Positions 12,471 through 28,799 of a stretch of 64,000 bases of DNA are shown piece by piece. Within the stretch, counting starts at the first letter, position 1. The number at the start of each line of letters is the position of its first letter. This stretch comes from the human T2T-CHM13v2.0 reference genome, Homo sapiens: the NCBI RefSeq assembly GCF_009914755.1, contig NC_060933.1. One strand, given 5' to 3'. The translations under genes were made by a program, and so were the position numbers. The notes under the pieces are model-generated. The model made no database searches, had not been told where the DNA came from, and was given only the letters and a program-made list of their open reading frames with translations.

Positions 12471-15400
12471 GTATTAGTATGCCAAATAATTAGTTGTAAC
12501 AAAACATTTTGAAATCTATGTTAGGTTGTAATATGAACACCAACACTCTTGATAAACAGTGAGATCAGGAAATAGAAGACATTATGTGCTTGAAACCTCT
12601 TTGTGCCCCACTATAATCGGCCAGCCTATTACCACAAGTCAGAATTTCATGTGTCATAAGCCATGCAGCTGTTTATTACTTGGATATTATTAATGCCGTA
12701 TCTGGAGTGTGGGTAGTATATTTTTAAAAGATTGTGGCCTATTATTTATATAAAAGTCACTATGAAAGAATTGTATTGTGTTGTAATAAAAGAGCCGTCT
12801 CACCAGACTGAAGTGTTGTTTCTACAACAGTGAAAGAGAGACTAAACAAAGCAAACTGGAAAAGCTGCTTGGTGTTAATGTGAGCAGTTCACATTGTTTT
12901 CCTTTTTTTATTGTACTGTATTACCACTGGCAATCAGTGTGGGGCCTTCACTTACGAAAATATAGCTGCTGGCGTTTTAGGCTCAATTTCATTCTCAAGC
13001 TGTCATAAATGATCACATGGGAAGATAATACTTGATCGGAATTTTGTTTTTTTTTTCTCATTTTGTTCTTTTATTTTTCTTTGAGGCAACTTGTTGGAGT
13101 GAAGATTGAGATCTATAATATACTGCAATTCTTGGAAAATACTCATACATTCTCAGAAATTCTATTCACACAGTAAAAAGATAGAGACAATGCCCTAATT
13201 GAATTAAAGCATTTGCAGTCATTCTCACTTGTTTCCTACTGTTATCACTATATGTTCTTGAACAAGATGTAATATATGCCTTCTTGCATTCTTTTTTAAA
13301 ATTATAAATTGAAAAAATATAATTGTGTATATTTATGGGGTACAAAGTGATGTTATTATATATGTATACAGTGTAAATGATTAAATCAAGGTAATTTGAA
13401 TACTCATTACCTCAAATACCATTATCTGATGAGAACATTTGAAATTTACTCTCTTAGCAATCTTAAAATATATAATACATTATTATTAACTAGTCACTAG
13501 GCTATGCAATAGATCTCAAAAAAATTATTCCTCTTACTGAAACTTTGTACGTTTTGGCATCTTTCCATTTCTTCCACCCTCCAGCCTCTGATAACCTCCA
13601 TTCTACTTTCTGCTTCTGAATTTGATTGTTTTAGATTTCACATGTGTGATCATGTGGCATTAGTCCTTCTGTGCCTAGGTGGTTTCAATTAGCACAATAT
13701 CCTACAGGTTCATCCATGTTGTTGCAAATGAAAAGATTCCTTCTTTAAGGCAGAATAGTTTGCCATTGTGTATAAATACCACTTTTTCTTTCTCCATCGA
13801 TCGATTGATGAACACTTACACTGATTCTGTAATTTGACTATTGTGAATAATGCTACAATGAACATGGGAGTACAGATACCGCTTCGACATGCTAATTTCA
13901 AATCTTTTGGATATATACCCAGAAGTGGGATTGCTGGATGATGCAGCAGTTCTATTTTTAGTTTTTTGAGGAACCACCGTACAGTTTACAAAATGGCTGT
14001 ACTAATTTATATTCCCACCAACAGTGTACAAGGATTCCCTTTTCTCCATTTGCTTGCCAATGCTTATCTTTCATCTTTTTGGTAATAGCTATTCTGACAG
14101 GTAGAAGATGATATATCATTGTGACTTTAATTTGCATTCCTTTAATAATTAGGGATGTTGAGTTTTTCTCATATATCTGTAATATTGGGGTTTGGGGTTT
14201 TAATTTTCATTTTTTAGTGATTAGTAATTTTGAGCATTTTTATATGTACCTATTGGTCATTTGTATGTCGTCGTCTAAGAAATATCTGTTCAGGTCTTTT
14301 GCTCATTTTTTAATCAGGTTATTTGTTTTCTTGCTATTGAGTTCTTTATATATTTGGACATTAACTCCTTACAGGAGTAAAGCTTGCAAATATTTTGTTC
14401 CAATCTGTAGGCTGTCTATTCACTCTAATAATTGTTTCCTTTTCTGTGCAGAAGCTTTTCAGTTTGATGTAATCTCATTTGTCTATTTTTCTTGCGTTGC
14501 CTGAGCTTTTGCAGTTAAAGCCAAAAAGTCAGTGATCAGACTAATGTAAATTTCCCCATGTTTTTTCTCTAGTAGTTTTACAGTTTCATGTCTTATGTTT
14601 CATAATTCTTTCATTGATTTCGAGTTGACTTTTGTATATGGTATGAGATGAGGGTCCAAATTCATTTTTCTGGAGGTGAATATCCAGTTTTTCCAACACA
14701 CTTTGTTGAAGAGACTGCCTTTTTTCCATTGCATGTTTTTGGCATCATTGCTGTACATCAATAGACCATAAATGCATGGGCTAACATTTGGGTTCTCTAT
14801 TCTCTTCCATTCATCGATGTGTCTATTTTATGCTAGTACCAGGCTGTCCTAATTACTATAGCTTTGTAATGTAGTTTGAAATCAGGTAATGTGATGCCTC
14901 TAGCTTTGTTCTTTTTGCTTAAGTTTGCCTTGGATATTTGTGTGTGTGTGTTTGTGGTTCCACATAAATTTTAGGGTTGTTTATTCTATTTCTGTGAAAA
15001 ATGACATTAAAATTTTGATAGGGATTGCATTGAACCTGTAGATTGTTTTTGGCAGTATAGAGATTTAAAACATATTATTTTGTTCAATCCATGAACAGGG
15101 AATATCTTTCCATTCATTTGTGTCTGCAATTTTCTTCATCAATGTTTTATAGTTTTCAGTGTACAGATCTTTCACCATGTTGGCTAAATTTATTCCTAAG
15201 TATTTTAGGTTTTGTAACTATTATAAATGGGATTGTTTTCTTGATTGTTTTTAATGCATAGTCCATTTTTGTTTATAGAAATGCTATTGATTTTTGTATA
15301 TTGATTTTGTGTCCTGCAACTTTGCTGTATTTATTAGTTCTAACAGGTTTTTGTTACAGTCTTTAGGATTTTGTATATATTAGATCATGTTGTCAGCAAA

Positions 15401-16081
15401 GAAAAAAAAGATAATTTAACCTCTTCCTTTCCTATTTTGAACATCTTTTAATTTTTTCTTTTGCCTAATTTCTCTGGCAAGGATTTCCTGTACTATGTTG
15501 AATAGAATTGGTGAGAGTGGGCACTCTTGTCTTAGTCCTGATCTTAGATGGAAAGCTTTTAATTTTTCTCCATTGAGTGTAATGTAAGCTGTGGGCTTAT
15601 TGTATATGGTCTTCCTTGTGTTGAGGTATATTCCTTCTATACTTCATTTGTTGAGAGTTTTTTTTAATCATGAAAAAATGGTGAATTTTGTCAAATGCTC
15701 TTCACTGATTGAAGTGATTATGTGTTGTTTCTTGTTTTGTTAATATTTTGTATCACATGTATTAATTTGCATATATTGAATCATTCTTGCATCATAGGGT
15801 TAAATCCCAGTTGGTCGTGATGAATAATCCTCTTAATGTACTGTTGAATCTGGTTTGGTAGTATTTTGTTGAAGATGTTTGCATTTATGTACATTAGAGA
15901 TATTGACCCTGTAAACTAATTTTCTTGTAATATTTTTGTCTAGTTTTGATATCAGGGTAGCACCGGCCTTATAAAAGGAGTTTGGAAGTCTTCCCTATTC
16001 TTTAATTATTTGAAGAGTTTGAGAACAATTGGTAATAGGTTTTCTTTAAATGTTTGGTAGAATATAGCAGTGAAGCCATCA

Positions 16082-16195
<114 letters not shown>

Positions 16196-16198
16196 CTA

Positions 16199-16339
<141 letters not shown>

Positions 16340-18296
16340 CTAACTAAGAGTTTTCCAATTTAGCTTTTGTTTAAAAGAACCAACTTAGTTTTGTTGATTT
16401 TTAAAAATACTTTTTCTGGTCTCCCTTTTATTTATTTCTGCTCTGATTGTTATTATCTCCTTCCTTCTACTAACTTTGGGCTTAGTTTGCTTTTCTTTTT
16501 GTTAGCTCCTTGAGGAACTAAGTTGTGTTCTTTCTTCTTTTATGATATAGGCATTTATAGCTATACATTTCCCTCTTAGAACTGCTTTTGCTATGTCCCA
16601 TAAGTTTTGGTATGTTGTGTTTTCATTTTCATTTGCCTTGAGAGATTTTTTAATTTTCCTTTTTTATGTATTCTCTCACCAACTGGTTGTTCAGGAACAT
16701 GTTGTTTAATTTTGACATATCTCCTGTTATTGATTGCTAGTTTTATACCATTGTGATCAGAAAAGATACTTGACATGATTTCAATCCTTTTAATTTGTTC
16801 AGGCTTATTTTATGTCCCAACATATGATCTATCCTGGAGAATATTCCGTGTGTGCTTGAGAAGAATGTGTATTCTGTTGCTGTTGGATGGAATGTTCTAC
16901 ATATGTCTGTTAGGTCCATTTGGCCTAAAGTGTAGTTAAAATCCAATGTTTCCTTATGAATTTTCTGTCTAGATAATCTGTACATTATTAAAAGTAGAGT
17001 ATTGAAATCTCCTAGTATTATTGTATTGTAATCTAGCTCTCCTTTCAGATCCTTTAATATCTGCCTTATATTTTTAGGTGCTCTGATGCCCGATACATAT
17101 GTATTTGCAATCCTTACATCCTCTTGATGAATCACCTCCATTATCATTATATATTATCCTTTCTTGTCTCTTTTTTAAAATCAGATTTTGTCTGATATAA
17201 GTGTTGCTACCCCTGCTCTCATTTTATTTCCCTTTGCATGGAATATTTTTTCCTTCCTTTCACTTTCAGTCTATGTGTGTCTTTAAAAATGAGTTGAGTC
17301 GCCTTATAGTCAGCATATTCTGTTTAAAAAATTCCATCCAGCCACTCTATGCCTTTAATGTAATGAGCATATGTTCAAAGTAATTATTGATAGGTAAGGA
17401 CTTCCTGCTGACATTTTGTAAATTGTTTTCTGTTTGTTTGCTTGAAACTTTGTTTCTTGCTTGCTTGCTGTCTTCTTTTGTGAATTAATAATTTTCTGCA
17501 GTGGTATGCTTTAAATTCTATTTGTATTTTGTGCATCTAACACTAAGGTTTATGGCTTGTGGTTACTCAAAGCTTACATAAACCATATTATACTTAAACC
17601 CAGTTCTTTCAAGCTGATAACAACTTAACTTTGGTTTTATATGACAATTCTACACTTCCCCTACCCCTGCATTTTATATTTTTTATGTCAAAATTTATAT
17701 CTTTTGGTAATTTCTATCCCATATCAATTTAATTTGACTATAGTTATTTTTAATAGCTTTCTGTTAATCCTAATAGTGGAGATAAAATTGCTTGCATACC
17801 ATCGTTACAGTTCTATAGTGCTCTGAATATTACTTTGCATTACTTATACTATTGAGTTTGTGCTCTCATCTATTTTATGTTATTAGTTAGCAGCCTTTTA
17901 TTTCAGGTTAACAGAACACCCTTTTTCAAATCCTATAAGATAGGCCTAGTGGTAATGAACTCTCTTAGCTTTCATTTGCTTGGTAAAGTTTTTATTTATC
18001 CCTCATTTCTGAAGGATAGCTTTGCCAGGTAAAGGATTCTTGGTTGACAGCATTTTTCCTTCTGCACTCTATCATCCCACTCTCTTATGGCCTGCAAGGT
18101 TTCTGCTAAGAAATCTTTTTTTCATTAATTAATTGATTTGTTAATATAGCCATTCATCAAATTATTAACAAGAAACTCCTATGAACTGAGATTACAGTGC
18201 CTAACATGTAGTAGATGCTTAATCAATGGTGGATATTATTATTAATAAATCTTTTGATTGCTGTATTGAGACTCCCTCATTTGTAAAATGTTTCTT

Positions 18297-18729
<433 letters not shown>

Positions 18730-19037
18730 TTAGCACCCTTTCCTAGATTTGAGAAAATTTTATTCATTATTTCTTTAAATATGCTTTCTGGCTCTTTTAA
18801 TCTTTTTTCTGCTTCTGAAGCTTATATAAATTTACTTCTCTTACTGGTGTCATATAATTCCCATGACTATTTATTTTAAATTCTTGCCTCTTTTTGCTTC
18901 TCTGGGCAATTTCAAATGTCCTAGCTCATTGATTCTTCTGCTTGACTGAGTCTATTTTTGAAGCATTTTTTGAAAAGAAAATTTTGGAATTTTTCAGTTC
19001 AGTTATCGTGTGCTTCATCTCTAGAATTTCATTTTTT

Positions 19038-19314
<277 letters not shown>

Positions 19315-20874
19315 CTAGAATTTCATTTTTAAAAATTGTTTCTGTTTGTCTATCATCTTGTTTTGTTCTGCATTGTTTTCTAAGTTTCATTTAATTTTCT
19401 ATCCATATATTTTTATAGTTTGCTGGACTTCTTTAAGAATAGATTATTCTGAATTATTTGTTATTTCATACATCTCAATTTCTTTAGAGGCCATTATTGA
19501 AGTTTTGGTGTATTTTTTTGGTGGTGTCATGATTTCCTGATTCTTTGTAATCGTGTGTCCTTGCATTGACATCTATGTATTTGAGGAGACAGCCATCTCT
19601 TCTGGCCCTTTCAGGTATTCTTTGGCAGGGATAGACCTTCATTATTTCATCTAGCCTGTGGCTGTAGTTGTTCCAGCTAGTAACAGCCCTAGGCAGACAG
19701 AGCTTGCTGTTGGGTTTTCTAGTTGCCTAGGTTGCTTCATTTGCTCTGAGATCAGGTGGGTCTGCTGACTGAGTATCCTGGCTTGATGAGATCATTGGCT
19801 GGGTGCTATAATTACTTCTGATTGAGCAGGGCTGAAGAGTGTATTCCCTGGCCAGGGGGAAATGCTATTTGGGTTCTGCAGTTGGGCAGGGCTACAGGCT
19901 GAGATCTGTGGTTAGGTAGAGTTGCTGTTCTGTACAGATGGGTCCAAAGGCTACGTTTCATAGAATTATTGGTTGAAGTTTTCTCCCTGCCTGGGCATGG
20001 CCTTGGGGTGGGCTCTGAGGCTAAGCTGAGCTGCTGATTGGACTCCTAAGTGAGGCAGGTCCAACCCCTTTACTCCACAGAAATGCATTGTGGTTCTTTT
20101 ACCTGGGCAGGGAATTGGGGTGGGTTCTGAGGCTGATCTGAGCCATTGTTTAGACTCTCAGGTTGGGCATGTCTAGCCGATGCACTCTGCTGATATGCTT
20201 CCAGGTGGAAATATCCCTTCCTGGGTGGGGCCTTGAGGTAGGCTGTTGGTTGGATGTGGAGGCTGGATGTCTAAGGACTCAAGCCAGGTTGAACTTCCTA
20301 TCATGTTTCTTGGAGTAACCAGCTCAGTTTTGTGGGTAAGGTATGCTCTTGGCCAGCATCATGATCAGGTGCCACTGCTAGGAGGAACACAGGACTACCA
20401 CTAAGATCTGCATGCTGGTTGCTGTGAGCTCTGTCTCCTGTCTCTATTTCTGTCTGGCTGCAAGTGGTCTGGCCCTGCTATTAGTCCTGGTGTTTCCCAT
20501 AAAGAGAGATAGGAGTGAGCTTCCTGGGAAGCATCTCTGAATGATAGGGAAGCTAGATGTCTGCCTCTTGTTCACTTCCCACTGTATAAACTGTGATTCC
20601 CAGACATCCTCCTCTCTGTCACTGTGCCAACTTGAGGGTGGAGAGGGACAATGCAGTCAACATGAGGCTGTTCTTCTTACCCCTTGGTGATTTATTCAGT
20701 TCTGTGGTCCACATGAATGTTTCAGTCACATTCCCAAGTTTTAGGGTTTTCACAGAGGTGTTCTTGGCTGTGCACAGTTGTTAGTAGGACTTTCTGTGTG
20801 TGGGGATGATTGAGGCCTGAGACCTCCTTTTCTTCTATCTTGCTGACATTACTCCTTACCTTCATGCATTTTTG

Positions 20875-21470
20875 CCACGAATGTGCAACCTGACTGAATC
20901 AAGATTTTAAATCTAAATTCTAGTTTATGGGACACACAGTTTAAAAGGGGGAAGCAATCAGATGCATGCAGACAGTAGGACATTATTCTAAAGGACAACT
21001 GACCTTATCTCTGGAATGCTACAGGAAAAATGAGGGGGATGGAAAGGGGAATTTTCTAGATTACAAGAGACTTAAGAGACATAATGACCAATTGAAAAGG
21101 AAAATGTGGTAATTGTTTGAACCCTGGTTTAATCAAGTCTGCATTTTTGAGAAGCTAAAATTCAGTACAGACTGGATATTAGCTGTTATTGAGAAATTCT
21201 TGTGAATTTTGGTAGATGCGATAATGGTATTGTGATTAAAGAACAGAATATACTTACCTGAGTTTTGTTTTAGAATTGCATACTGAAGTACATAGGGAAG
21301 AAATGTCATCATGTCTGTTACTTACTTTATACTACTTCAGCAAAACAATACATGAAGCAAAAACTGCAAAATTTTTCAAAAATGGTTAAATGTGGGCATT
21401 GAGCATACAGGATTCATTATAGTATGCTCTACTTTTCTATAAGTTTGAAAATGTTCTCAATGGAAAGTAG
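20875..21470 (+). mobile_element. Old L1MC/ME 3' UTR fragment
   Basis: agagacttaagagacataatgaccaa; cattatagtatgctctacttttctataagtttgaaaatgttc. Confidence 0.65.
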
Positions 21471-21834
21471 AAGAAAGAAGTTTTCATGGTATTACTCCTC
21501 TTAAAAACAGTGATATTGAAAGTATTTTTTGAAATGAGAGATTTATAGTGCATAAAATGAGGAGCCAAAGAAGTAGATTAAATAAAAGTTAACAGGATAA
21601 AAAATATCTTCAAAGCAGAAGCCTCAGACACATTTCTAACTATGTAGAGGTATTTACCTTTTCCTATAAAGGGACATTCAATTTATGAACCTATTTGGTA
21701 ATGCTCTTTTATAGTTACGGGGACTAGAAAGATCAATACCACATGCTCCTTGGAAGAAAAAAAATTGTAGAGACTTTCAGACCGTGAGCTTGGTCCTTTA
21801 GTAGAGGAAATTATCTTCATGCATTGGGAAGACC

Positions 21835-22060
21835 CCAAGTTTTGCCATTGCATGGTACTGAATTTGACTACTATTATTTTCTAGTAGTGTGACCTTGAAA
21901 GCAAGTTTCTTATATTGAGTCTCAAATGTCTTGTCCATGAAATGGGGATAATAAAACTTATCTTCCAGGAAATAGTTAGTATTAAATGAGGTAGTATACA
22001 TAAAGAGTTTAAAACAGAAATGAATGAAATTTAACTCAGCTCTTTATGTTACTATTATTA
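21835..22060 (+). mobile_element. MIR
   Basis: tgtgaccttgaaagcaagtttc...gaaatggggataataa. Confidence 0.7.
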
Positions 22061-22469
22061 GAGGTTCATTAAAGGCAAGTAGAAACGGAGTGATCAGGAA
22101 CTCTGAAGAGGTGAGATTTAAGTTGAGCCTTCAAGAACGAGAGGTTTTCAACAAATGAAGATGGCAGCAGAGGGAATATTCCACGTGTTTTGAAATGATG
22201 AAACTGGTTGGTACATGCCATGTTTAGAAAACCACCATCATAATAATTGGTTCAGCTTAATTTTAAGTGTCCAAGAATAATGAAAAAATAGTTTGGGGCC
22301 TGATTATTGTTCCTTTAAATTGGTTAGTCCAAGAAACTTGGACTTTATTCACAACGCTGTTGAAGAATTGAATGGTTTTGACAAGCTTCGACATGGTTGG
22401 AGTTGTATTTTGAGATCAGTCTCGCAGTAAGATTCATGTTGCTCTGTGAAATCTGAACTCAAAGATGCT

Positions 22470-22925
22470 CTGGCAGATTCTGCTGATCCCCTGCCCAGTA
22501 GATCTCCTCCCCTTCTTTACAGGACACTGGTTTTGTTGGGGATGGTGATGCAACAACGTAAAAAGGAAACAGAAAACAATTTTTAGAAAGTGACCACTTT
22601 TGCATTTCTCCTTTGAAGAAAGGAATGGCAGTATCTAGTTTTGGCCAATGTCATATAAGCTGAAGTCTTAGAGTGGGTCTTCCAAAAATGCTCTTCAAAA
22701 GTGGAAGTAGCATTAAGTGATAAAGCTGCTTAAGACCTTAAGGATATAAGCATGGAAAGGCAACAGTATCTTGAATTCCTTATATTGTGGAACCATTACA
22801 TTATCCCGCTGCCTACTGCCATGTGTATTGTGATGTGACAGAAAACTCCCTATTTGCTTTCCAAGTTGCTGTATATATGGCTAATGTTTTGTGTTACATG
22901 CAGCTGAATTCAATCTGTAACTGAC
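22470..22925. mobile_element. Old MaLR (MLT1-type) LTR within L2 remnants
   Basis: ttttggccaatgtcatataagctgaagtc; tgttacatgcagctgaattcaatctgtaactgac. Confidence 0.55.
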
Positions 22926-24895
22926 TAATTATCACCAACTAGGAAGTTTTGCAAGGGTGAGAAGCAAATGAGAAAGCTGTATGAAGCTGGACTGTGGTAG
23001 GGGCAGCATCACTAGAAATGGAAAAGAATAGTAAACAGAAGATACATTGTGGGATAGAAATCATAAGACAATTACTGTTTGAGTGTGTGATTGGAGGAAA
23101 AGGAAGGACTCCAACATAAATTTAAGTTTAAGCTTGGGTGACCAGGAAAACGGTGACATTATTTACCAACTGAAGATAACTGTAAGAAAAGAAAGACAGC
23201 TCAAGTGATATATACATGAAATGAAATAAATGTTAGATAGCATTTTACTCAAAGAAAATTCCGAATACTCTAAGAACTAAATCAGTAGTATCAACCCCCA
23301 AGCCCTTAGAAAGCCTGGTAGAACAGAGGAGGGAATGGCAAGGAGTCTCCTATTAGATTGCAGGGTTTCCATTAATTCTTCCCAATGTGAAGATGAGCCA
23401 CACTAACTGGTCAAAAGTTTTAAACATGAGTTTAAACTGCATTTGGAACATGTGTAATTATTTCCTCTGGGGCAAAGTGGCTTGAAATATAACTTGCTTA
23501 GCCAAGGCATAGGTCTGCTTTCAGAGTAGAGCGTGAGCTTGGTGACCTCTGGATGCGCTTTATAGTTCCATGATTCTATAATTATCTCAGGCTTCAAATC
23601 ACTTTCTAGTGAACAGCAAATAATTCTTACTAATAAAATACAATTTGAAACTGGGAACTGAAATTACACATTTTCAATAAAGTGTTGTAATAAAGACAGC
23701 AACTGTAGATCCCCTCCAGGAATAAAGGGCTAAATGTATTGGTTGGCCACTCGTGCAAGACACAGCTAAAGTCTACGTTGATTCATCATGCAGGAGATGG
23801 GGATGCTCTATATAAGTTTTAAAAATAAACCTGACTGCAAATGAAGGAACTGAAAGGGCATTGTCATTTAACCGTAGAATCTCCACTTAACATCAATAAG
23901 TGCTCTAAAGTTTAAATTCTGCCTTAACCCCACTGAGAAACTGCTGTCCGATTTTAGTTTCTGTATTCAGCTCCTTTCTGAAACCTCTTTCTTGGTACTG
24001 TGAATAGAAATCTCTCTCTGGGTTCTTTACGATTTTGCCAACAATGAGAGACCAATTCTATTAGAAAAAGATAGGAAGATATGGGGAGCTCTCATACCAA
24101 TAAAAGTTTATCCCAAGTTCCACAGATTCAGAAGAGCAATTATTTGAGCAATTTTGTTTTTCAGAGGCCTCAAGCATATGACAGAAAACAATTATTAACA
24201 TAAATGATTTATGGTACAGTTATTGTTTTCTTAAAATTGTATTTCCTACAAAAGCTTGTGATCTGAAATGTAGGGCTCATATAAATGGTAAAGTGAAGTG
24301 ATTCTTAAAGCATCTCCAGGTATTCCTCCAAAAATTATTCCTTGGTCAGAAAAGTATGGGACATTCCATTTAAATAAAACCACTGTTTCTTTTTTCTTTT
24401 TTTGTGGTTCTTGTGAGAGCCTTTATAAAGCCCCATGACCCACCAAGAAAGGAATAAGGAGGTAGCATTTACATCTTGAAATTAGTTTAATAAATATTAA
24501 ATATTTTAATGAAATTGTTAGAGATAGAGTGTGATCAACATTTTAAAAAATTTTAAAGCAAACACTGACTTGACACTTTTTTTAAGATCAGAAAGCTGAG
24601 GCTCAAAAATATAAAGTATATTTTAACAGATTGATGTGGGTTGTTTTTGTTTATCCTTTTTCTTTTGGGAGTTGCTCCTCCCTAACCTCCCTCCCATTTT
24701 GCACATTTACAGTTGTAGCAAAGCCATCAGGACAGCTGGATGCCAAACTTCTTGCCATAGTATATTAGAGCATCTGTGAGCATCTGATCCAGATTGCTCT
24801 AATTGAATTTCTTTCCTTGGGAGTATGATATTGAGATCAGGAAATTCAGTCTTTCCTTCTTTCTCTTGCTTGCTTACTTTATCACTATAAAACTA

Positions 24896-25325
<430 letters not shown>

Positions 25326-25792
25326 TTAAAGGGTATTAAGGTCCTTTTCCCATTTTGTTCAGCTATATCCCTCCCCCATGGGTTTCCATGATTCCCTTGT
25401 AACTTTGTGGTGGATTCCTTTTATCTTAAGGTTGAATTTTTTTCTGTTTCCTTCAGTGAAAAAGGGCTAAATGACTACTGTTACACATTAGTCGCAGAGT
25501 AAGAGCTAGAAAACAGGTCACAACAATCAGTGCACTGCCTTTTAACTACAAGTCTTTTACGGTTTGTTGAGTAATACTTTACATAGCTTATATTTTTAAA
25601 ATGTAATGCTGAGAAACCAAACTGTTAATTTTTCCATCATGATGATTCTTAAAATTGTTCATGTTTGCTTATCTATATGTATTATATTTAGTTTACTTAA
25701 AATTTAATAAACTGTAAAATAAAAATAGCATACGTATCTACTACTTAAAATAAATGTTAGCATTTATAATATTGCTTAAAATTTGTTCACTT

Positions 25793-27415
25793 ATTCGCAG
25801 AAATAGAAAAAAATATCTTAAAATTTGTATGGAACTAGAAAACCCAAAGAGCCAAAGCAATACTGAGCAAAAAGAACAAAGTGGAGGCATCACATGACCT
25901 GACTTCAAACTATGTTATAAGACTATAGTAGCCAAACAAGCATGGTATTGGTATAAAAACAGACACATACACCAATGAAGCAGAATGGAGAACTCAGAAA
26001 TAAATCCACTTATTTACAGCCAATTGATTTTCAACAAAGGCACCAAGAACATACACTGGGGAACCGTCTTCAATAAATGGTGCTGGAAAAAGCAGATATC
26101 CTATATGCAGAAGAATGAACTGGACCCCTATCTCTCATCATATACAAAAATCAACTCAGGATAGATTAAAAACTAAATGTAAAATTTGAAATTATAAAAC
26201 TATTAGAAAACATAGAGGAAATGTGTCAGTACATTGGTCTAGGCAAAGATTTTATGGCTAAGACCTCAAAAGCACAGGCCACAAAAGCAAAAATAGACAA
26301 ATAAAACTATTTTAAACCGAAGAGCTTCTGTACCACAAAGTAAACTACAGGGTAAAGACACAGCCTGATGAACGGCAGAAAATATTTGCAAACTATTCAT
26401 CTGACAAAGGACTATTATTCAGAATATATAAGAAACTCAACAATAAAAACAATCACATTGAAAAGTGGACAAAGGACATGAATAGATCTTTCTCAAAAGA
26501 AGACTTCCAAATGGCCAAGAGTTATATGAAAAATGCTCAAATCACTAATCATTATGGAAATCCAGATCAAAAACACAATGAGATATCACCTTACCCCACT
26601 TAGAATGGCTATGATTAAAAAGACAAAAAATAGCAGATGCTGATGAGAATGTGGAGAAAAGAGATCTCTTACACATTGTTGGTGGTAATATAAATTAGTA
26701 CAACCACTATGGAAAACAGTATGTATGCTCCTCCAAAAAATAAAAATAGAACTACCATATGATCCAGGAATCTACTATTGGGTATTTATCTAAAGGAAAA
26801 GAAGTCACTGTATTAAAGGGATACCTGCACCCCATGTTTATTGCAGCAGTATTCACAATAGAAAAGATACAGAATCAACCTGTGTCCCTCAGTGGAGGAA
26901 CAGATAAAGAAAATGTGGTATATATACAATGGAATACTATTTGGCCATAAAAAATAAAATTATGTCATTTTCAGCAGCATGGATAGAACTGGAGGTCATT
27001 ATGTTAAATGAAATAAGGTAGACACAGAAAGAGAAAGATTGCATGTTTTTGCTCATGTGGAAGCTAAGAAAGTTTACCTCCCTGAAGTAGAGTGTGGAAT
27101 GATAGGTATCAGAGGCTGGAAAGGATATGTGTGGTGTGGGGGTGAAGATAATTGGTTAATAGATACAAACATAGTGCTAGATAGAAGGATAAGTTCTAAT
27201 GTTTGATAACAGAGTAGGGTGACTACAGTTAACAACGTTATGTATGATTCAAAATAGCTAGAAAAAAGCTTGAAATGCTCCCAGTACCTAGAAGGGATAT
27301 ATACCCAAGGTGATAGATGTCCTCAATACCCTGACTTGATCATTTCACATTCTCAGCATGTAACAAAAATCACATATATCTCATAAAGATGTACAAATAT
27401 TATGTATCAATAAAA
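25793..27415 (+). mobile_element. 5'-truncated L1MA (ORF2 end plus 3' UTR)
   Basis: ORF2 C-terminal motifs, L1MA 3' UTR; TSD aaaa(t/c)ttgttcactt at 25778-25792 and 27413-27427. Confidence 0.9.
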
Positions 27416-27949
27416 ACTTGTTCACTTTTAAAGAAATAAACAGTAGACACATTTTTCTATTATCCCTGATCCAATTCTTTCACACTCTACACAAAGGCAA
27501 CACCTAATATGCATTTGGCGTGTGTCTGAATCATATTATTGTGCTTTTATGACACAGAAGTCTCTATTTGATATAGTTGTGTATTTTTAAAAATGTATTT
27601 AAACTGTATTATACAGTTAATAACACTATGTAATTGTCTTTTCACACTTAACATTATGCTTGCATGTGTATTCATAACTTTCTTTTATTTAAATTTTATT
27701 GAGCAAGATTTAGCATTATTTTATAAACATCCTTTACCTGAGATACTTTTTGCCATGTTGTTGCATGGTTTTAGTATTGAGCTTTTATAATGCCTAGATA
27801 ATCTCCCACTGAGTTGATATATGATAGTTTGCTTTACTATTCCCATCTGGTTTAGATAATTATAAATTTTTGGCCCTTATAAATAAGTAAAAAAGTAAAT
27901 AAATACTAGAAGTTGGTATATTTGTATCTGAAGTTAAGAGAAAGCATCT

Positions 27950-28080
27950 TTTACCATAATTTAAGCCAATTTAAATGTTAATTTCATCCAAAATGTCCTC
28001 ACAGAAACTCCCAAAATATTTGGCCAAATATCTAGGCACATTGTGGGGCAGTCAAGTTGACCAGTGAAATTATCCATCAT
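27950..28080. mobile_element. MLT2-type LTR fragment
   Basis: aaatgttaatttcatccaaaa...cagtcaagttgaccagtgaaattatccatca. Confidence 0.6.
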
Positions 28081-28364
28081 GGGAGGCTAGATAGGTAGCC
28101 AACAGTATCTGCTTCAAAGGTGAGGAACATCATTATACAATGTTTTTGATGTTTTTAATAGGAGGAGATTCTCAGCTATGGGTTATTGAGTTCAACTGAT
28201 GTAAAATATTCAGAAGTTTTGATATGTATTTTTCAAATGCTTTCATAAAATTCTTTTATAATTGGCATAGTGTCTAACATTGTTTTAGAGTATGTTTCCT
28301 ACATTAGCCCAGCATTATGTTTGTTAAAAAATTACTTGTTTGGTAGGTGTAAAATGTTACTCAT

Positions 28365-28730
<366 letters not shown>

Positions 28731-28799
28731 TTATATTTGTGTTTCCTTTTTGTGCATTTCTTTAATGAAATCTTAGTGTTCTTAAACATTTTACAGATT

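Noticed and set aside
16743-17147. 134-aa endonuclease-like ORF
   Set aside because: L1 ORF2 endonuclease remnant of the ancient L1MA.
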